Source: Tubulanus polymorphus
Taxonomy: Eukaryota > Animalia > Nemertea
Direction: 5' to 3'
NCBI RefSeq assembly: GCF_964204645.1
Contig: NC_134030.1
Coordinates: 20,110,210 to 20,174,209, forward strand
DNA length: 64,000 nucleotides
The notes beneath the pieces are model-generated. The model was not told where the DNA came from. It made no database searches and saw only the letters and a list, made by a program, of their open reading frames with translations. A program made the position numbers and the translations under genes. Below are positions 1 through 13,159 of the stretch, piece after piece. Each line of letters opens with the position of its first letter. Position 1 is the stretch's first letter.

Positions 1-3000
1 ATATAAACTAGAAGGTTTACGCGTTGTAGGAACTGATATTTTACTCGGTTACAACTACCTGGAATCACTGAGTGTTAAATCTGACGGCTTTCTCGTCATA
101 CTGTGCGTTTTAATAAGACAAGGTGTTTTACCGTCGAATGTGAAAATTGAATTTGAAGTGAAATCTTTTTCCATAAAAGACGTACGAGTGGAAAAACGCT
201 CGGTGAGTATTGTGCCTTTTAATTTTAAGTTTATGATTTTGGATTTGTGTTTGGATGTGTGTGGATCTCTGTTATTAGGTTTCATGCGTAGAGTTTACTT
301 TATACTTTAGTGGGAAATTTTGGATTTTTCACCTGAAAAAGAAATTTAATTTTAGCTAATCTTAAAACATGAATTGCTGCACGTGACAAAATCATTAATC
401 GACGTAGATTTGAAAATGTTGTTATGTTATTAATACTTGAAAAAACAAATGCTGATTTGTTATATTTTGTAGATATCTGGTAACAGAAACAAATACGATT
501 TGATTGTTCAAAATCTGTTCCCGACGACAAAGAAGACAACATTATCGTATCGCATAAATACATTAGAATTTAAACGGAAAGTTGATATCTATGAGGATGG
601 CTTAAAACTAACAGTTTTATCGGAGACGTGCGAGGGAGCTGGATTTTATATATATGATGGTGGTAATTTTACAGCGAGACGCTATGGTCCGTATTGTCCT
701 GGTCATAAATACGGTCGTAACGTCGTCAGTCTGATTACATCAGGAGGACCGGTTACTGTAGTAGGATACGCTTATAGTGATGTACCTAAATCTGGGTATC
801 TCAGAGTCAATCCTACTGATTGTGACGGGTATGTTCTACAGGAAGGAGAAAATCAGATCAATATGACGTCACACTGTCTCGTGATTACACCTGAAAACCG
901 GCGCCTTCCTTTAGAAAATATTTATATATTATCAGAACACGAATATCAAATTTACACATGTTTCCGTGGTTTAAATTCGTGTCGTGATGTTACTCTCACA
1001 ACTCAATTACTGAATAACAGTCTCTTAATGAATCATCTGATGATAAAAGGAAGTAGTTATAGGTTCTGGAGTAGTTCAATGATGATTGTACTACGACGTA
1101 AATGTTTGGTGTTGATGATCTATCAAGATTCCCCGGTAGTTACTGCTAGTAGTTTTGCATACATCCCGCCGATGCGAGAAAAATGTGGAGTCGCACAATC
1201 ACCGAACTATCCTCGATATGTTACACAACGCAGTAAATCAAGTTTGTACTACTCATTTCATTACGACAAACATTTGAATTATTACATCAGATTCCTTTTC
1301 AAATTTATGGGACACGCCTCGTGCAGCCCTTCTAGTAGTAATGCTGTTCGAGACCTGTTATTACTGGTACAGAGTATTTTTAAACCCGGTAGTGTTTTAC
1401 TCCTTGTGGGGCTGCGTCGCCACGAGACTAAAATATGTGAAAATAACGCAGTACCGGGACTTGTATTGTACAGTCTACTCGGGCACGACGTTTACTTCGA
1501 AGCGAAAAACTATATCCCTTTATTTCAAATTCAATACACTTTAGAACAATCGCCTTCACAAACACATCGAAATAATGACTGTGGGTCAGATTTTCTAGAT
1601 TCAGGTGTTTCGTGTATCAGATACATCAAACATGAACGTCTGAATTGGGAGAACGCTGAAATGTACTGTCAACAGAAATACGGAGGACATCTTCTCAGTA
1701 TCAACATTGAACAGGAAATGATTGCTGTAAAAAAACTGTTCGCTACGAATCTTCTTCAGGAGGCGTATTCACAGGCGGCGCTGATTGTGATGATTGGATT
1801 GAAATGGCAGGTAATTTCCAAGTATCGTTATGAACATGTTTACCAACATTCATTTAGTATTGAACATGATTTTGAATTTGTTACCAATTCATTAATTCTC
1901 TACTAAAAGTCTAGAATCTTTCATATTAATTGAAACAGATTTCTATAAATCAACGTGTAAAATGTAACATAATCTTAATTTGATAAACTCAATTCAGACG
2001 CTTGATATAAGTTAGATATCCAAAAGCTAATCGTCATGAACTATTCTAAACCTTTCTCGATCAATGAAACTGAATTTATTTTGAACAGGATGATGGTTAT
2101 TACACGTGGACTGATGGGAAACCATTGAGCTACACAGAATGGTTTAAACCTGCTGTGATAAACGAAACGATACCAGAAGTTATTCAAGGATTGATATCTC
2201 CTCTACGAAAACAACCGATAATTGACGTCAATATGCCGTGTACGGCGATGATACTGAATAATCCACGAGGATCAGCGAACTGGGTTCGATTCCCGTGTCA
2301 AATAGAGGAGACTCGAACAACTTTCATTTGTGAAAAAGACAAAGATAACTCCTCATCGACTAAAAATCACAAATTACCTGTTGCAGAAGAAAACTCTACT
2401 TATTATTCGGGGATATTGGAATCAGTTAACTCCACGTGTTTTAAAGGATGGATTGGTATAGAAGGACATTGCTATCAGATACTTACAGCCTGGGATACTC
2501 ACAGATTGTCGATTCCGGAAGCTGAGGAAATGTGTCTTAAAATCGGTGGTGAAATAGGTATAGTATCCAATGATGTTATAATTCAGCATTTGATTCAAAT
2601 ATTTCATTATGAACATCAATATGGTGCTATACTGGCGAAGGCTACGGATAGTGAATTTCTTGCTCTGAATCCAGTTTTGACCAGAGATGAAATAACATAT
2701 AAAAAAACGGTGAAATGGTCAGTGACTGCCTTTGATAATGTCGCAGATGTAGCGCATTCAGTGCTATGTTCCTATAATGTAACTGATGAAGAGTTGACTT
2801 CTATAAAAAGGTGTAAATCGTGGCAATTTGAATGTAACGATCAAAGATGTATCAGCGATCATCGCGTATGTGATACCAGAAACGACTGTCAACACGGTGA
2901 AGATGAACTCGATTGTTCGGATTCAAACTGGCGCAGTCAGTTCCACTGTACTGATGGAAGAGTTATATCAGTGAGTAATTTGTGTGATTTTGTACGAGAT

Positions 3001-5316
3001 TGCGCTGACGGATCTGATGAGAACTCGTGCTATCATACTTCATGTTCCTCTGAACAGTTTAAGTGTAGCAATGGACAATGTGTGGGTTTATATAATCGAT
3101 GTGATGGACTGGTTGATTGTAAAGATAAATCTGATGAGATCGGCTGCTCTTCAGATGAATGTAACGGGTTTCTGTGTGTAAATGGTGAATGTATCAGTTC
3201 TCTGTTGTATCGGGATGGTGTTGTAGATTGTGCTGGTAGCCTCGAAGAAGATGAGATTGTCGTCAACATAACAGTTACACCAAAGATTCACTGTACTACA
3301 AAGAACTGTACGACTAATTTCACAAACTTATGTAAGAAATCCGATGAACAAAGATGTTCTTTCGATTCTCCTCACTGTTATTCTAGACGTCACAGGTGTA
3401 TTTTAGAAAGGAGGCCGATTGGTTACCCGGTATGTAGAAGGCTCGAACATATACAAGGTTGTACTGATTTCAAATGTCCAGCTGGTGCTGCAAAATGTCC
3501 AGCATCTTACTGCATACCGATGGGACAGGTGTGCGATGGTCGATCCGATTGTCCTAACTCAGAAGATGAGCGAAACTGCAAGACTTTGTCGTGTCCCGGC
3601 ATGTTTAAATGTGGCCATGAAAACCGATGCATACCTCAATCTGAAGTTTGTGATGGTGTCGTCAATTGTAAACATACCACTGATGACGAAGCTTTCTGTG
3701 ACGTCATATGTCCAAAGGAATGTGAATGTCAAGGTCATTTGATTGATTGCGATCATGCTGATTTCGAAGAAATTACTGATCTTTTCTCGGCATCAACTCG
3801 AGTTCTGATTTTATCAAGAAACCGAGTTGTATTCAATGAGTCCACATTTTCTTCGTACCTCTATCTACATTTCCTTAATATTTCACGTAACAATTTGTCT
3901 TATATTGTTCCAAACTCGTTCTCAAACCTGCATAATCTACATACATTAGATCTAGCTTATAACCGCATAATATCATTTTCCGCGAATACATTCGCCGGTT
4001 TGTATAGTTTGAAAATGCTTTTGATTTTTGGAAATTCAGTGAGATATTTAGAAGAAGGCAGTTTTCATGGTTTAAAGTCATTAAGCGATCTCGATCTTCA
4101 CGGACTTTCCTTGTCGTTACTCGGTGGAAATGTGTTCCGTGGTTTATCAGCTTTAGAGTCGTTAAATATCAGCGGTAACGTGATCAAAGATATTTCACCA
4201 AATGCGTTCGCCGGATTAACAAAACTAAGAAATCTGGATCTAACCGAAAATTCTGAAGTCATATCCGTACAAAGAAACGTTTTTGACAGTCTTACATTAT
4301 TGAGTTCTTTGGCTTCTGACGCGTACAAATTTTGTTGCATGGTTCCGAATGTTGACCAGTGTCTCCCGGAAGCCGACCAATTTTCATCTTGTTCCGACCT
4401 GATGGGTAACACTGTTCTTAGAGCAATCATTTGGGCGATCGCTTCATTCAGCTTTTTTGCCAACATCATCGTAATTTTACTTCGCGTTCAAGCGTTACGC
4501 ATTTCATCCTCTGAATCACGTAACACATCCTCTGATATCCTCATCATTAATATTGCCACCTGCGATTTTCTCATGTCAATTTATCTTTTTCTGATCGCTG
4601 GAGCCGATTACGTCTATAAAGGTGTTTATTTCCTCAATTCTGAAATGTGGACAGATAGTTCACTGTGTCGACTCGCTGGGATTTTAGTAACTCTTTCGTG
4701 CGAAGGGTCTTTGCTTTTTCTCCTGATTCTAACCCGTCAAAGATACTCGAATATCGTCGATCCATTTTCTGGAAGCCCAATTATATCATCGACATATGTG
4801 TTCGGTATTTGCTGTATATGCTGGATCATTTTGGGCAACATTTCAATGCTACCGTTGTCGTCATCTTCTTATTTCGGACATAACTTTTACGGCACAACTG
4901 GTGTTTGTTTACCTATGAATTTACTATCCATCGATGTCCACGCCTGGCAATATTCATTCGCTATTTTTGCCGTGTTTAACTTGGTCGTACTTGCTACAAT
5001 AATGATGACGTATGCACAGATGTATAGACTCGTATCTGGAAGCAGGTCCGGCTCGGGTAGAGCAGATCCTACCGAATTGGTTCTGGCGCGTAGGAGTTTA
5101 GTGATAAATCTGTGTAATTTATTTTGCTGGTTACCGATAATTATCGTTCAGTTTTGCGCTGTATTCCGAGTAGAAATACCGAATCAAGTGGCGGCTTGGT
5201 TGGCGGTACTTTTCCTACCGATCAACTCGTCACTGAATCCACTTCTTTACACCATCCTCACTATTGATATTAAATCTATTCGGGCCAGAAATAAACGCGT
5301 TTTGAAAACTCGCTGA
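1..5316 (+). CDS. GRL101-like LGR (CUB/C-type lectin/LDLa/LRR/7TM) GPCR, copy A, 5' truncated by window; exons <1-202, 473-1810, 2089-5316
   Basis: Frame 2-202 matches the exon-1 end of copies B/C (YKLEGLRVVGTDILLGYNYLESL) and ends at GTGAGT. Acceptor TTTTGTAG before 473, donor CAG|GTAATT after 1810, acceptor AACAG before 2089; all phase 0. Motifs: CUB-like (CGVAQSPNYP), CTLD (LNWENAEMYCQQKYGGHLLSI...WTDGKPLSYTEW), ~7 LDLa repeats (e.g. CDGLVDCKDKSDEIGC), LRRNT+LRRs, hinge YKFCC...DQFSSCSDLM, 7TM ending PINSSLNPLLY. Confidence 0.93.
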
Positions 5317-5941
5317 ACCATTCGACAGTCAAACCCTGACTATGCACTCTAATCAGAATGCTGCGAAATCTTTTCAGATGAAATATATTTAATTACATAA
5401 ACAAATACGTAGCAAACGTGTGGACTCGAGAACGAACTGATACTTGCTTATACGTTCCAATAAAAAAAACTGACGACACTTCAAGATAATATCGCAAAGT
5501 AATGAAATCATCGAATGGGTTTCGAAACGTGTCCAGAAATACGACGTAGCGATAAGAATACACGCTAGGAGAGCTGAGTAATGTCATCTAATATGAGTTG
5601 TAACACCGATTATCCTGACAGTTAATTACGTTTATTTTATATCAGGATGATTTAAAAATTATGTAAGCTGGAAATAAAAGTGCCAAATAGTGGTACATGT
5701 TCTACGTTCATCGATTTAAAACCGTATTTGAGCGCTTCAATGTTTAATCGAAGGATAAAGCTTGCGTTGCTTTCGTCCATTCAAAGTCCTACGCCCGGAG
5801 GAGGTGGAATCACTTCAAATGCGTTTCGAACCATATGGACATTATCGGCGCTGTTAAAGGTGATCTACGTCTTTTGAATTCAGTTGTGTCCAGTATGTTC
5901 TTGCCAGTTTCTCGTTTATCAATCTTTTATAGCCTCGGCCT

Positions 5942-6200
5942 TCAACATCCCCTAACAAAGGATAAGTATCGTCTAATGCACTGAGTTAGGTGTACTCGGG
6001 CCCACAACGGGAACGACAATTGAATCAATCGGTCAACACTGATCAGAATGATTACCGAGTTCCGATGCATCTTCGCCGTGTGCCGAAGTCCGTCACAGTA
6101 CACAGTAAACACCGCCGACAATCCGAAAAAATAGTTCAAATATTGAAATTTTTTGCAAACCGTACGTCCACAACGATAAGTATTCCTTCAATGAGGTGAA
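5942..6200 (-). pseudogene. Class A GPCR relic (TM3/ICL2 fragment)
   Basis: Translation VYCDGLRHTAKMHRNSVIILISVDRLIQLSFPLWAR resembles TM3-DRY-ICL2 (compare VITLERAAVVLFPF in the 13160 GPCR); no full-length ORF. Confidence 0.6.
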
Positions 6201-6240
6201 GCAAAATATCGCAACCAGGTATTTTAGGATCGCAGATATT

Positions 6241-6346
6241 CTGGACCCAGTTCCACAGTCGTGAGTTAGAGTTAACTGAGTTAAAGTTAGTTCATTTTCA
6301 ATGAGTTAACCCAAATCTAAACTCAAAACTGTGGAACTGGATCCAG
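6241..6346. mobile_element. Short MITE (TIR CTGGACCCAGTTCCACAGT / ACTGTGGAACTGGATCCAG)
   Basis: Terminal inverted repeats visible; second copy in opposite orientation at 7229-7342. Confidence 0.75.
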
Positions 6347-6819
6347 AGCAGGTGGTACGTACCATTTGTAAATTTGAGAAAAAAAGGATTCTAAGAAATT
6401 ACCGTGAAATATTTCCGATAATCTTTTAAAATATACATCGATACTTTTCCCATCTGGGCATTTCCAATCAACTTTCGTAGTTGTTTACTTTGGTACTTAA
6501 GTTTCTTCCAGTGAACGATTCGGAAATAACCGAGGATTTCACTCTATCTCATGGTAAACATCGACTTGACCTGAGACATTTTTCGCGAATCAAGTACTTT
6601 TATTTTTCTAAATAAGATTCTAAATGAATTTATTATAATTATCGAAGAACGAACAAATTCTAATCAATAGATCTAGGAACACAGGAACTTATAATATGCG
6701 GCTTTTGAAAAGTTAGAATAAAAATTTTGTGTTAAAAAGTTTGATCGTGAAAATAGGAATTTTTAATAGATATTCGACTCGCTGCCGTTCATATAATTAG
6801 TATTTGAAACATGAAGTTA

Positions 6820-8976
6820 TCAGGCATTTAATGGGCAAGTATTGTCAGCTGGGCATTTGCAAGATAAGAACATGGTTTCATTGTCATCATGTTTTATATC
6901 GGAACAGCAGTGTTCCCCGTCATTACATGCATTTCCACTTTGGATGCACTCGCTTTCGTGCATGTACTTGCAATCCGATGCAGTACCAGGGGCACAAGTG
7001 ATCCTGAAACCGAATATATAACGAATAAACAGTTCAAATCTGCCGACATGGATGCGAATATTCTAATTACCGAACCCACGGTGTAATGAAAACATCGACG
7101 CCTTTGGCTAATCGGCAGTCCTTAATGAGTGTACCTTAACATCTTGATTGAGTTAGTGATTCTGTAGATACTATGTAAGCAAGTACTTTAGTGATTGCAG
7201 TTCCTGACATTGCTTATAGGATTTTTAACTGGACCCAGTTCCAGAGTTCCGAGTTAAATTTGACTCTATAGTTGAAACATTGAAAATGAACTGATTTCAA
7301 CTCAAAGTCAACTCTAACTCACAACAGTGGAACTGGCTCCTGGTCTATACGTATTTTGATTTTACCCTTTTTCAAAATGTGTATATATCTGATGTATCGT
7401 TACTTACTCTGAAACACAAATGAACGCCACGAGAACAAGGCCCATCATGAGAACGACTGTAATACAATAATAGTATCAAAATCTCAAACGCAATGGCTTC
7501 ATAAAACCGAGTCAAACTGAGTAAGAGTTTTTGAAATACAGTATAAAGACTCTTGTCTTCTCTTGTGGCGATTAAGTTGACATCGACCGCGAGTTGGTGT
7601 CAAATATATACCGCCTAGACTATTTAGGCTGAGTAAGATGCAACATCTCTATCTCTTACTGTGATAAGTTGTTTACGTTGAGACTAAATTTTTAATCAGG
7701 GTTGATGTAAAAAAAAAAACGAGTAAGAGTTTGTGAAATAATAGTAGACTTTATCTCCTACTGCAGTAAAGTTGAAACTGATAAAAATCAACATTGAGTT
7801 AGTACGATAACCAAACTCAAACGTGGTGAACGGATAAAAAGATGAAAACCCACTATCTGATATAATGGCTTTTCTCCGCACAATTCCCTTCTTTCTAAGT
7901 ATATTACTTCATGCCTTGCCAAACATAAATTATTAACTCACTCACCAATTTACTCAACTAACCTGTTCTCCTCTGTATATATATCCCTGTTTTTAGTCTA
8001 TATCTCACACCTGACGATGATCTCTAGGGTGAGGTCGAAACGTCGTGTTATTTTAGATTGTTCGAATAATAAATTCTTGATTTTAGATTCTTTTAATCTG
8101 TAGATAGTGGGTTTTTATCTTTTCAACCTTGAGTTGGTGTCAAATACTGAATAAGAGTTTGTGAAATACAGTAGACTCTGTCTCTTACTGCGGTAAAGTT
8201 GAGACTGGTAAAATTCTACCCCGAGTTGGTGTCAAATACTGAGTAAGAGTTTGTGAAATGCACTAGATTCTGTCTCTTACTGCGGTAAAGCTGAGACTGG
8301 TAAAATTCTACCCCGAGTCGGTGTCAAATACTGAGTAAGAGTTTGTAAAATACAGTAGACTCTGTCTCTTACTGCCGTAAAGTTGAAACCGGTAAAATTC
8401 TACCCCGAGTTGGGTGTCAAATACTGAGTAAGAGTTCGTGAAATACAGTAGACTCTGTCTCTTACTGCGGTAAAGTTGAGACTGGTAAAATTCTACCCCG
8501 AGTTGGTGTCAAATACTGAGTAAGAGTTTGTGAAATGCACTAGATTCTGTCTCTTACTGCGGTAAAGCTGAGACTGGTAAAATTCTACCCCGAGTCGGTG
8601 TCAAATACTGAGTAAGAGTTTGTAAAATACAGTAGACTCTGTCTCTTACTGCCGTAAAGTTGAAACCGGTAAAATTCTACCCCGAGTTGGGTGTCAAATG
8701 CTGAGTAAGGGTTTGTGAAATACAGTAGACTTTGTCTCGTACTGCGGTAAAGCTGAGACCGGTAAAATTCTACCCCGAGTTGGGTGTCAAATACTGAGTA
8801 AGAGTTTATGAAATACATTAGACTCTGTCTCTTACTGCGGTAAAGTTGAAACCGGTAAAATTCTAAACCGAGTTGGTGTCAAATACTGAGTAAGAGTTTT
8901 TGAAATACAGTAGATTCTGCTTTCGGTGTTAAAATATTCATCGTAGAATTAGAAACTTACCGCAAGCGATCTTCAT
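6820..8976 (-). CDS. Secreted 8-Cys knottin/ICK-like peptide, copy 1; exons 8976-8961, 7456-7408, 7003-6820 (82 aa)
   Basis: Hand-spliced with GT-AG junctions (phases 1, 2): MKIACVVLMMGLVLVAFICVSEITC-APGTASDCKYMHESECIQSGNACNDGEHCCSDIKHDDNETMFLSCKCPADNTCPLNA*. The 16 and 49 bp exon sizes recur in all four paralogues; TATA-like box upstream and AATAAA downstream. Confidence 0.88.
7229..7342. mobile_element. Short MITE, same family as 6241-6346, in intron 2 of peptide gene 1
   Basis: CTGGACCCAGTTCCA ... TGGAACTGGCTCCTG termini. Confidence 0.7.
7826..8130 (+). mobile_element. Penelope-like non-autonomous insertion with inverted ends, in intron 1 of peptide gene 1
   Basis: AAAAGATGAAAACCCACTATCT (~7837-7858) is inverted at AGATAGTGGGTTTTTATCTTTT (~8102-8123); contains a hammerhead motif. 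Confidence 0.55.
8007..8048 (+). ncRNA. Minimal type I hammerhead ribozyme
   Basis: ACAC-CTGACGA-T-GATCTC(TAGGGT)GAGGTC-GAAA-CGTC-GTGT: core CUGANGA/GAAA, paired stems I and II, palindromic ACGT stem III, GUC site. Confidence 0.72.
8131..8915. repeat. 92-bp tandem minisatellite (~8.5 units) in intron 1 of peptide gene 1
   Basis: Unit GAGTTGGTGTCAAATACTGAGTAAGAGTTTGTGAAATACAGTAGACTCTGTCTCTTACTGCGGTAAAGTTGAGACTGGTAAAATTCTACCCC; period 8131->8223. Confidence 0.95.
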
Positions 8977-9059
8977 GTTGAAATTGATGGTTTTCTCTTC
9001 TGTCGTTCGATACTGATTCAATTGTCGAGTTGATCTCAAACAATATACATTTCCGCACT

Positions 9060-9130
9060 ATAGTTTAAATAGACATCTAACAAAAGATCGATGATTAATT
9101 CTCTATCGCCACGTTATGACAGGTGCTAGA
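9060..9130 (-). promoter_or_regulatory. Putative core promoter of the peptide genes (TATTTAAA plus conserved GCACCTGTCATAACGTGGCGATAG motif)
   Basis: ~90-150 bp upstream of the ATG; conserved at 19205-19272 and 23766-23831, and partly at 36560-36631. Confidence 0.55.
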
Positions 9131-9442
9131 ACCGATCGATAAGACTGACTATCTAGCGTTAGGCAGAATATTTTTATATATTTATATCACAGAGCCGTAG
9201 AATATGTCTAGCAATTTCATAGGTTATTCACATATAAATCATGCGTTTATTTCTCAGTATATTGAAACCGCCTTAAGTATAGAAATTGATATTCGCCGGT
9301 GACCTAAGTGGTCAATGTAGCATCAGCTGTAACCAGATAAACGCATCACTTTCAATCACAGTTTGTTCGTACTCACCTGCATTATTTTTGATCTATCTCT
9401 CCTACATCCTCGCTTGCCAGGGTCTGATTGCCGATACAAACC

Positions 9443-9687
9443 CTGGCCGCAAACCCTTCATTGATCTATTACATCACCCAAAACTTCTTGGGCGAACAGG
9501 GTAACGCTCAGCGCCCCCACAGTCCACGTATCTAGCCAATCAGATGCATTGTTTTACCGGCAAGTTTGGTCTATAAATACCACGCACTGATTGGCTAGAT
9601 ATATGGATTGGTGGGCGCTGAGCGGGAACCTGTCCGCCCAACAAATCGAGCGCGATGTAATAGACCAAATGGAGGGTTTGCGGCCAG
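9443..9687. mobile_element. MITE with long TIRs (CTGGCCGCAAACCCT...AGGGTTTGCGGCCAG)
   Basis: Near-palindromic element; partial copy at ~40493-40690. Confidence 0.8.
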
Positions 9688-10561
9688 CCTGTTGATTTGA
9701 TTACTTCTATATTCCCTTTTTCTTCGAATAGAGGTTCAAGGGTGGATGGATGCCGCTTACAGCTTATGTCGTGTTAATAAGGAACAGACATTCACATGCC
9801 ATTTTAAGGCCGTTTTGGAATTGTTTTTGTCGAAACTGCATGATATTAACACGTGTGGCATCAGCAACAACAAGACGTAACCAGATACACTCTAAATCAC
9901 TCATTTGCGTTCCGGGTATTGACTGCAATCTATAATTAGGGTCTCCCCCATTCGGTAGAGAACCCGGAGCGCTCCTTTTTATAGCCAACCCTCATAACCA
10001 CTATTTCGAAATCGTGAGATAAGTTCTTCTCCGGATGTTTTAATGATGATTCATTTAACCATTTCGAATTGTAATAAATGCACAATTATTATACAAACAC
10101 AAAAATCCAAGATGGAGGGACACGTGAAGAAACGATACGTGAGTTTATAGGATTTTCAAGCCACCCTCGTACTACCTGTATCACACTCCCTTTATAATAA
10201 TAATCTTTATTTTTCAAAGAAATTGAAACAATTTATAACATGATATCCATACATAAATATAAATAAGTATAAAATGTGCCAATATCAAATGAAGGAACCC
10301 AGTGAAGCAAATGCTTGTAGATCTGGGCACCCACCTTTCACACCACACTCAGACACAGATCTACGTTTTGATAATGTTGCATCATTTCCGAAACCGCAAC
10401 ACCGGCTCGATCAACAAACATTCGATTCAATTTATTTTCACGCGAAAACAGGAGTAAAAAATCGAGAAGTGGTCCGTTTTTGAAATCACTGGTAAACTCT
10501 CATAACCGATTCATCCTGTTCATGTAGTGATGCCAGTCAGCAGAGTACTTCTAATCAATTC

Positions 10562-10844
<283 letters not shown>

Positions 10845-11479
10845 ATACGAAAATTATATTAGAAAATTACAGATGATAATATGGTAATGTAATATAAGTC
10901 GATGGAGTTAATTGAGTTTTCATTGTCACGGAAAAGCGGAAGTGTAAAATCGAGGAGAATATTTGATAATCGGACACCGAAGGAACAAGAAACATTTGAT
11001 GCGTTGAAATATTTATGCAAAGCCGCTGACGCGAACTTAAGCGGGAGAATAAGATGAAAGGAGTTTAGATACATGCATGTATAAATCAGTGATCGCCACT
11101 AATATCAAAGTGATATACGAAACACTGAAAATCCACCTGCTCGTGATTGACGTAATTCCGATTCGCAAATCGATCTAGAATATCTAAAATATCGATACGA
11201 ATACTTCCATATAATTACATTATGTATTCGTATCTAAATTCGTTTTGTAAGATACTGTAGATCACGTGACCGACCTTTTACAGGTTGTTCTCTCGCGCGT
11301 TATTAAAGATGCTCCTTTATTCGTGAATATTTCTGTTTGTAAATCCGTTGTAGAAATTCGGACCAATAATCGATTCATCGCTAGTTCAAGACTAGAATAG
11401 CGTCGTGCTCCGCTATGAACTGCAATTCAAAACTGCAGTTTTCTTACCGACAAACCGGCGTCCAGACATACATTATCTG

Positions 11480-12380
11480 TACATTAGATTTCTCCACTTT
11501 ATCAATTCTCCCTATGACATCATCAACAGATCTCTCAACTTGATCGATTCTCCTCATGACATCATCAATAGATCTCCCAACTTGATCGATTCTCCTCATG
11601 ACATCATCAATAGATCTCTCAACTTGATCGATTCTCCTCATGACATCACCAATAGATCTCTCAACTTGATCGATTCTCCTCATGACATCATCAATAGATC
11701 TCTCACCTTGATCGATTCTCCCCATGACATCATCAATCGATCTCTCCACTCGATCAATTCTCCCCATGACATCATCAATCGATCTCTCCTCTTGATCGAT
11801 TCTCCCCATGACATCATCAATAGATCTCTCAACTTGATCAATTCTCCCCATGACATCATCAATCGATCTCTCCACTTGATCAATTCTCCCCATGACATCA
11901 TCAATAGATCTCTCAACTTGATCGATTCTCCCCATGACATCATCAATCGATCTCTCCACTTGATCGATTCTCCCCATGACATCATCAATAGATCTCTCCA
12001 CTTGATCAATTCTCCCCATGACATCATCAATAGATCCCTTAACTTGATCGATTCTCCCCATGACATCATCAATCGATCTCCTCTCCTCTTGATCAATTCT
12101 CCCCATGACATCATCAATCGATCTCTCCTCTTGATCGTTTCTCCCCATGACATCATCAATAGATCTCTCAACTTGATCAATTCTCCCCATGACATCTTCA
12201 ATCGATCTCTCCACTTGATCAATTCTCCCCATGACATCATCAATAGATCTTTCAACTTGATCAATTCTCCCCATGACATCATCAATCGATCTCTCCACTT
12301 GATCAATTCTCCCTATGACATCATCAAAAGATCTCTCCACTACATCAATTCTCCCAATGACATCATCAGCAGATCCCTCC
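11480..12380. repeat. 42-bp tandem repeat (~21 units), open on both strands
   Basis: Unit CATGACATCATCAATAGATCTCTCAACTTGATCGATTCTCCC; minus-strand translation (SIDDVMGRIDQVER)n. Confidence 0.93.
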
Positions 12381-12926
12381 CGTTTATGAATTGGCAGGAC
12401 CGACCTATCACTATCTTTGGTGAATCGTGTCCATCGACATCAGTCTGTGAAGTCACTAAAAAGCCGGCCACCAACAACGGTTCCAATCAATGTTTCGGTT
12501 TCTTTGTATATTGATGAAAAATGGAAAGATTTCTATCCAGCGAATAGGAGGAACTGCCCTTGAGAAATGCTGGTTATTTATGTGTTTAGATATCAAACTG
12601 ACGCTTTTTCACGCATGTTTAACCTGCTTCTGATAGACATTTTCCAACCTGTTCAGATGTTTCATAATATTTCGCTACCAATCACAATGAATGAATGGCT
12701 GCACAACTTCGTATTCATATCTTATTTAGACACATCTTCGTTTTGCATAATGAGAAAGCATTTTAGTAAATTTTGTTAGAATTCTTACAATTGATTTTTC
12801 ATCTGACGCGAACAATGAATCTTATAAATGAATCGCAGATGTAAGAGACACGAGACGTACATGGTTTCTTCAACGTCAAATTAGTTTCCGATACGCGAGA
12901 AGACACGGTCAATACTAGTGAGGCGG

Positions 12927-13135
12927 TACACTCTCAGACAGTCAGTCGCTACACTCTCAGACAGACAGTACACTCTCAGACAGTCAGTACACTCTCAGAC
13001 AGTCAGGTCACTCTCAGACAGTCAGTACACTCTCAGACAGTCAGGTCACTCTCAGACAGTCAGTACAATCTCAGACAGTCAGGTCACTCTCAGACAGTCA
13101 GGTCACTCTCAGACCGTCTGTACATTCTCAGATAG
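12927..13135. repeat. ~21-22 bp minisatellite (TACACTCTCAGACAGTCAG-like) just upstream of a GPCR ORF
   Basis: About ten direct copies of CTCTCAGACAGTCAG. Confidence 0.9.
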
Positions 13136-13159
13136 TTAGTAAAGACTCATTTGATAATC

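Noticed and set aside
2422-4883. Short ORFs overlapping the receptor exons (also within 28478-29668 and 53034-55148)
   Set aside because: Alternate-frame or antisense shadows of the long coding exons.
7135-7161. Possible 27-bp in-frame micro-exon (ITNSIKMLR) in peptide gene 1
   Set aside because: Has AG/GT and compatible phase, but the splice sites are not preserved at paralogous positions in copies 2-4; left out of the model.
8131-8915. 92-bp and 55-bp arrays as possible CRISPR arrays
   Set aside because: Units repeat in full with no unique spacers, no cas genes are present and the context is eukaryotic.
11405-12514. Plus-strand 369-aa ORF (SPHDIINRSLNLID)n
   Set aside because: Stop-free frame of the 42-bp repeat with no ATG start or recognisable domain; the minus frame has better support.
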